From assembly GCF_001194135.2 (NCBI RefSeq), contig NC_068996.1, positions 13,195,707 through 13,235,180 of the forward strand: a DNA stretch of 39,474 nucleotides, written 5' to 3'. Made by a program: the position numbers and the translations under genes. The DNA is from Octopus bimaculoides. Lineage: Eukaryota. Shown here piece after piece: positions 35,871-39,474 of this stretch. Numbering within the stretch: the stretch's first letter is position 1; each line of letters opens with the position of its first letter. Under the pieces are notes generated by a model. That model saw only the letters and a list, made by a program, of their open reading frames with translations. It was not told where the DNA came from and searched no databases.

Positions 35871-38102
35871 ATTCATCTATACTACATACACTTACACAAA
35901 CACACACGAAAACACATAAACTATCTCTTTCTCGCGCGGCCCACGCACACACATACACACAACTCAACACAACACATTAACATGCACGCCCGTTCGCACA
36001 TGCCACATAATTTAAAGGAGATCGACATATGCCGGTGTCAAAATTTATACGTTTGTCAAGATTTATATGTATGTATACATGTGTTTATATACATATATAT
36101 ATACATACATGCACACACACCACACAAGTAGATATATAGAATTAATAAGATCGAAATATTGCGCCGTGTTTATATATATATATATATATNNNNNNNNNNG
36201 CACACACACACACATAATTAAAATTCATCGACATATTATAGCATAAATCTTAGATTATAAATAAAACCAATTTTGTTCTCATTATTCTTGATTTTAAATA
36301 TTTTATAATGGTGCAGTCTATTCTTAGACCATTCTTTCAAAGACTCAAGGATTTCTATTCTACTAAAAAATAACGATTTTATTTTATGTGACGAAATATA
36401 TTTAAATGCTCTCGAATCATGTGCATATTACTGTTCTCCTTACAGGAATCGATGCAGTGGTTAGCAGCCACCCAAGTATCTTGCTTTCTACCTCCTTACC
36501 TTCCATCTGAAGTTCTGTAAATTTAATAGGCGCTGCTATACTTCATTTGATTATGCCATAAAATAATCTACGCTTATAAAAGTAGAACAATCCGCCATAC
36601 ATCTTAGGTTAGTAATGAATTGTATTTTCACTCTTAAGGAGCTCGATATGCTATAAATAGCAGTTGTGGTTAGACGAAGTCTAGATAAAAAGGGGTGATA
36701 TAATTATTTGTATAATGTCTCTTATCATAGGTATTCATGAAATAGAGCTAAACAATCTCAATAATGTATCTTGTCCGCTTAGGTAAAGTCATAACAATTT
36801 CGAAAGGCTATTACACTTTCTATGGAACAACCACGACGTGTTGCTGAAAGTGAAGTTTATAAATACAAGCTGCATTTGCACTGAAGGTTAACTTGGGCCC
36901 AATACAGTTGAAACTACTGTCATTCATCATTGACACATTTCCTCTCCGACTTTTCTTTCTTCGCGTGACAAAGTAACTATCTTAAGATCTAGAACACGCT
37001 CTGAATTTCTTCGGAAATATAAACAGTTTGATCGAAGACCCCAATGTACAGAGGAGAAGTTGATTAATGCACTGTTGAATTATATTTAAATATCTGTGGG
37101 ATTAAGCCAGGTATTTGTTCCATAAGTCTTTCTTTCAAAATCCTGGTCTCGATTAACCACACAGACGCACTGTCATATTCTATTATCATAAAAGGCAGCA
37201 TTTCAACTAGTGTCAGATATTCTCTTTTCAAACTTCTCGACTAAATTCGAAAAACTACACGCTCATCCCGATCGCTTAAAAGAGTTCGTTCTTTCGAATC
37301 AAGTCTAGAAACCGTCATCATCGTATAATATTTAAAGATTTATATGCTTTAATATGTGCATAACATTGACATAGTCATCTCAGATTTAGCTAAAGACGCG
37401 ATCATTTGGAACTGCCTATGTCCTAAATAGAACACTTGGAGGAATCTCATGAGGGAAAAAAACCCTCCTAAATACCAGGAACTGGTTGAGCAGTACGGCT
37501 TCCAAAACTGTGGGGATACAATGCGTGTTATGTGAAGTAAGATGCTGGAGTTTTGTAGGGCAATCATTTTACAAAATTCCGTCTGGGTTTGGAATTACTG
37601 ATGCATCAAAGATAGCGGCTATGCAGTGCATCCCCGAAGTCACAGAGAAAGGTACAAGATGACTTTGGATGAAGTGGACAACTGTGGCTTCTTGCCATTG
37701 GAATGTAAGCTGAGACATATGCACGTAGGTAATTACGTATGCAAGTATCGACTATGTGCAACCGAGACAATATTAAATTAAAATAGTCATCTATGTATCA
37801 CACTTAACGTATACATACCATCACTAGACCAGTTACTGCAGTATTTATCCTCAAATAACCTCTCTTATGGACATGCTCTGTTAAAATCCATCGCCAATCA
37901 GCGAGAACGCCAGATGCTTTTCGATTTTCGATATCTAAAACCACAAATGTTACGTAAATTTTCACATCAAATTTTTCCGTAAACTGGCATTGTAAGCAAA
38001 ATTGGTACAGAAACAATTGTAATGAATTATTAAAGGTGTGTTAAGGTATTCCCTTGTCATATTATTTACATTATATATATATTTGCCCTGTACTTATATA
38101 TA

Positions 38103-38912
38103 TTTTGTCCTGTACTTATCTCTCGTGTGTTTACCTATTTTTCGCTCGTTGGTGATGTCCTGTATTTAACGTGTATTTTTTATTTATTCATAATCGAACG
38201 CCGCATAAGTTCTTACATTTAAATATAATTTCTACGACTCCACACTCTCTTTCTTTCTCTCTATTCTTCTTTATCTTCCGTTTCTCCCCTCCTGCTTCGC
38301 TGCCCCCTGCTATCTTTCATTCCTACTCCCTCTCCTCACACCCTTTGTCCCTTTCCCTCATCCTCTCTCTTGCCCCCTTCCCATCTGCCTGTTGGTAACA
38401 CGTGACTGCAGGCCATTTTTCTCTCACCTCTGTCTTTTCTGAACTAGACGCCCAACTAGCAGGACGTCATTTCTCTCGCCTCCCGACATTTTTTCTCTTC
38501 TACTATTTTCTTTTCTATTTATTCCATATCCTTTCAAAATTTCTACCAGGAGTTACCCATTACAATTCGTCTTGGCCTAACGGCCCTTAATGATTGTCTT
38601 TGTCGGTTTTTAATCTATATGTCCACTCTGTTGTTGTTTGTTCGTTCGAAGCCTTAACTCTCCACAAATTTTATATTTTAAAAATTTCTGGATGCTGCTT
38701 TTTTATGAAGTTTTCCGATCTTGTCGTTGAAAGCACGAAATAGGGAGTAAGAAACAGCCGCCAACCGAAGAAGAGTTAGAATTCTTTTGGTGTTTTGTCC
38801 TCTACTTGTCTCTCTTATGTGTTTATGTAGTTTTCACTCGTTGGTGATGTCATGTACTTAATGTGTATTTTTTATTCATTTTTACTTTTTTATTTATTCA
38901 TAATCGAACGCC
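38103..38912 (+). repeat. Non-coding segment bounded by ~100-120-bp direct repeats (38103-38202 and 38793-38912)
   Basis: Both copies share TTTTGTCCT.TACTT.TCTCTC, CTCGTTGGTGATGTC and TATTTATTCATAATCGAACGCC. Confidence 0.85.
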
Positions 38913-39004
38913 ACGCAGCCTTGTCCACAGTAAGTTATTGCATTTATATATATATATATGTACACACACACACACAGACACTAACACACACACATACATA
39001 CGTA

Positions 39005-39150
39005 TAGCTGAAAGTCTTGCTTCTCAATCATGAGGTTTGGTGTTCAGTCGCACAGCACGGAACTTTGGGCAAGTGCCTGCCACTATAGCCTGGAGCCAAC
39101 CAAAGTCTTGTGAATAAGATATAATAGAGGATACTTTAAAAAGCCCGTCG
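39005..39150 (+). mobile_element. tRNA-derived SINE family B
   Basis: ...CTTGCTTCTCAATCATGAGGTTTGGTGTTCAGTCGCACAGCACGGAACTTTGGGCAAGTG...CTATAGCCTGGAGCCAACCAAAGTCTTGTGA...AAAGCCCGTCG, homologous to 22804. Confidence 0.7.
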
Positions 39151-39474
39151 TTTCCTTGGGGCTGGCCAGATTGGAGCAATCTCGAGTATAACCAGCCGAA
39201 ATTGCAAAGATAATCTGGAACTCGACTGAGGAAAGAAAACTCCGAATGACCCATCTTTGTTTTCTTTGTATCGTCTGTCTGGATGTTTTGCGTTCTTGTC
39301 CCGTTTTGTATATATATATATATATATGATTAATATAAACTATGAAAATATGGATTCAAATAATCATGCAGCTATCACAGTAAGTTCGCCATTCAGAATC
39401 GGCTATTAGTCTACGTAGTAATAATCAATCACAATGTAGTTTAATGTAATATGTCCATGTAACCAAGATTTCAA

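Noticed and set aside
36430-37560. Complex sequence that might be a decayed retroelement or host exons
   Set aside because: No recognisable motif in the frames I translated, and frequent stops.
39150-39310. Repeat fragment with CTGAGGA-A-AGA(aaac)TCC-GAAT
   Set aside because: GAAA is broken and stems I and III are unclear, so it is too degenerate to call as a feature.

Overview
Repeat-dominated, AT-rich eukaryotic DNA with six N-gaps, from a draft assembly. It is very likely a cephalopod (Octopus-like) genome, judged from recalled SINE families and not verified. I found no supportable host protein-coding exon, rRNA, tRNA or CRISPR array, and most ORF-track entries are microsatellite artefacts. 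Real content: (1) two L1/Tx1-clade LINE fragments (1-780, 10055-10775). (2) A head-to-tail stack of six R4/Dong-clade retrotransposon pieces in (TAA)n/(TGA)n tracts (3.3-8.5 kb). (3) A Penelope-like element (PLE) cluster. One decayed near-full-length RT + C-terminal GIY-YIG element lies on the minus strand (12.6-15.8 kb), bracketed by ~200-bp inverted arms that each end in a different outward-facing hammerhead-ribozyme (HHR) fold. A second decayed PLE RT faces it tail-to-tail, and a possible third lies at ~20 kb. (4) Several more HHR-like motifs, including one with a branched stem II (10785-10885). (5) tRNA-derived SINEs of two families, two copies with target-site duplications (TSDs). (6) Two adjacent foldback/MITE-like inverted repeats (21.6-22.3 kb). 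(7) Many micro- and minisatellites. The most interesting signal is the ribozyme architecture of the PLE termini. All structures were folded by eye and none were computed.
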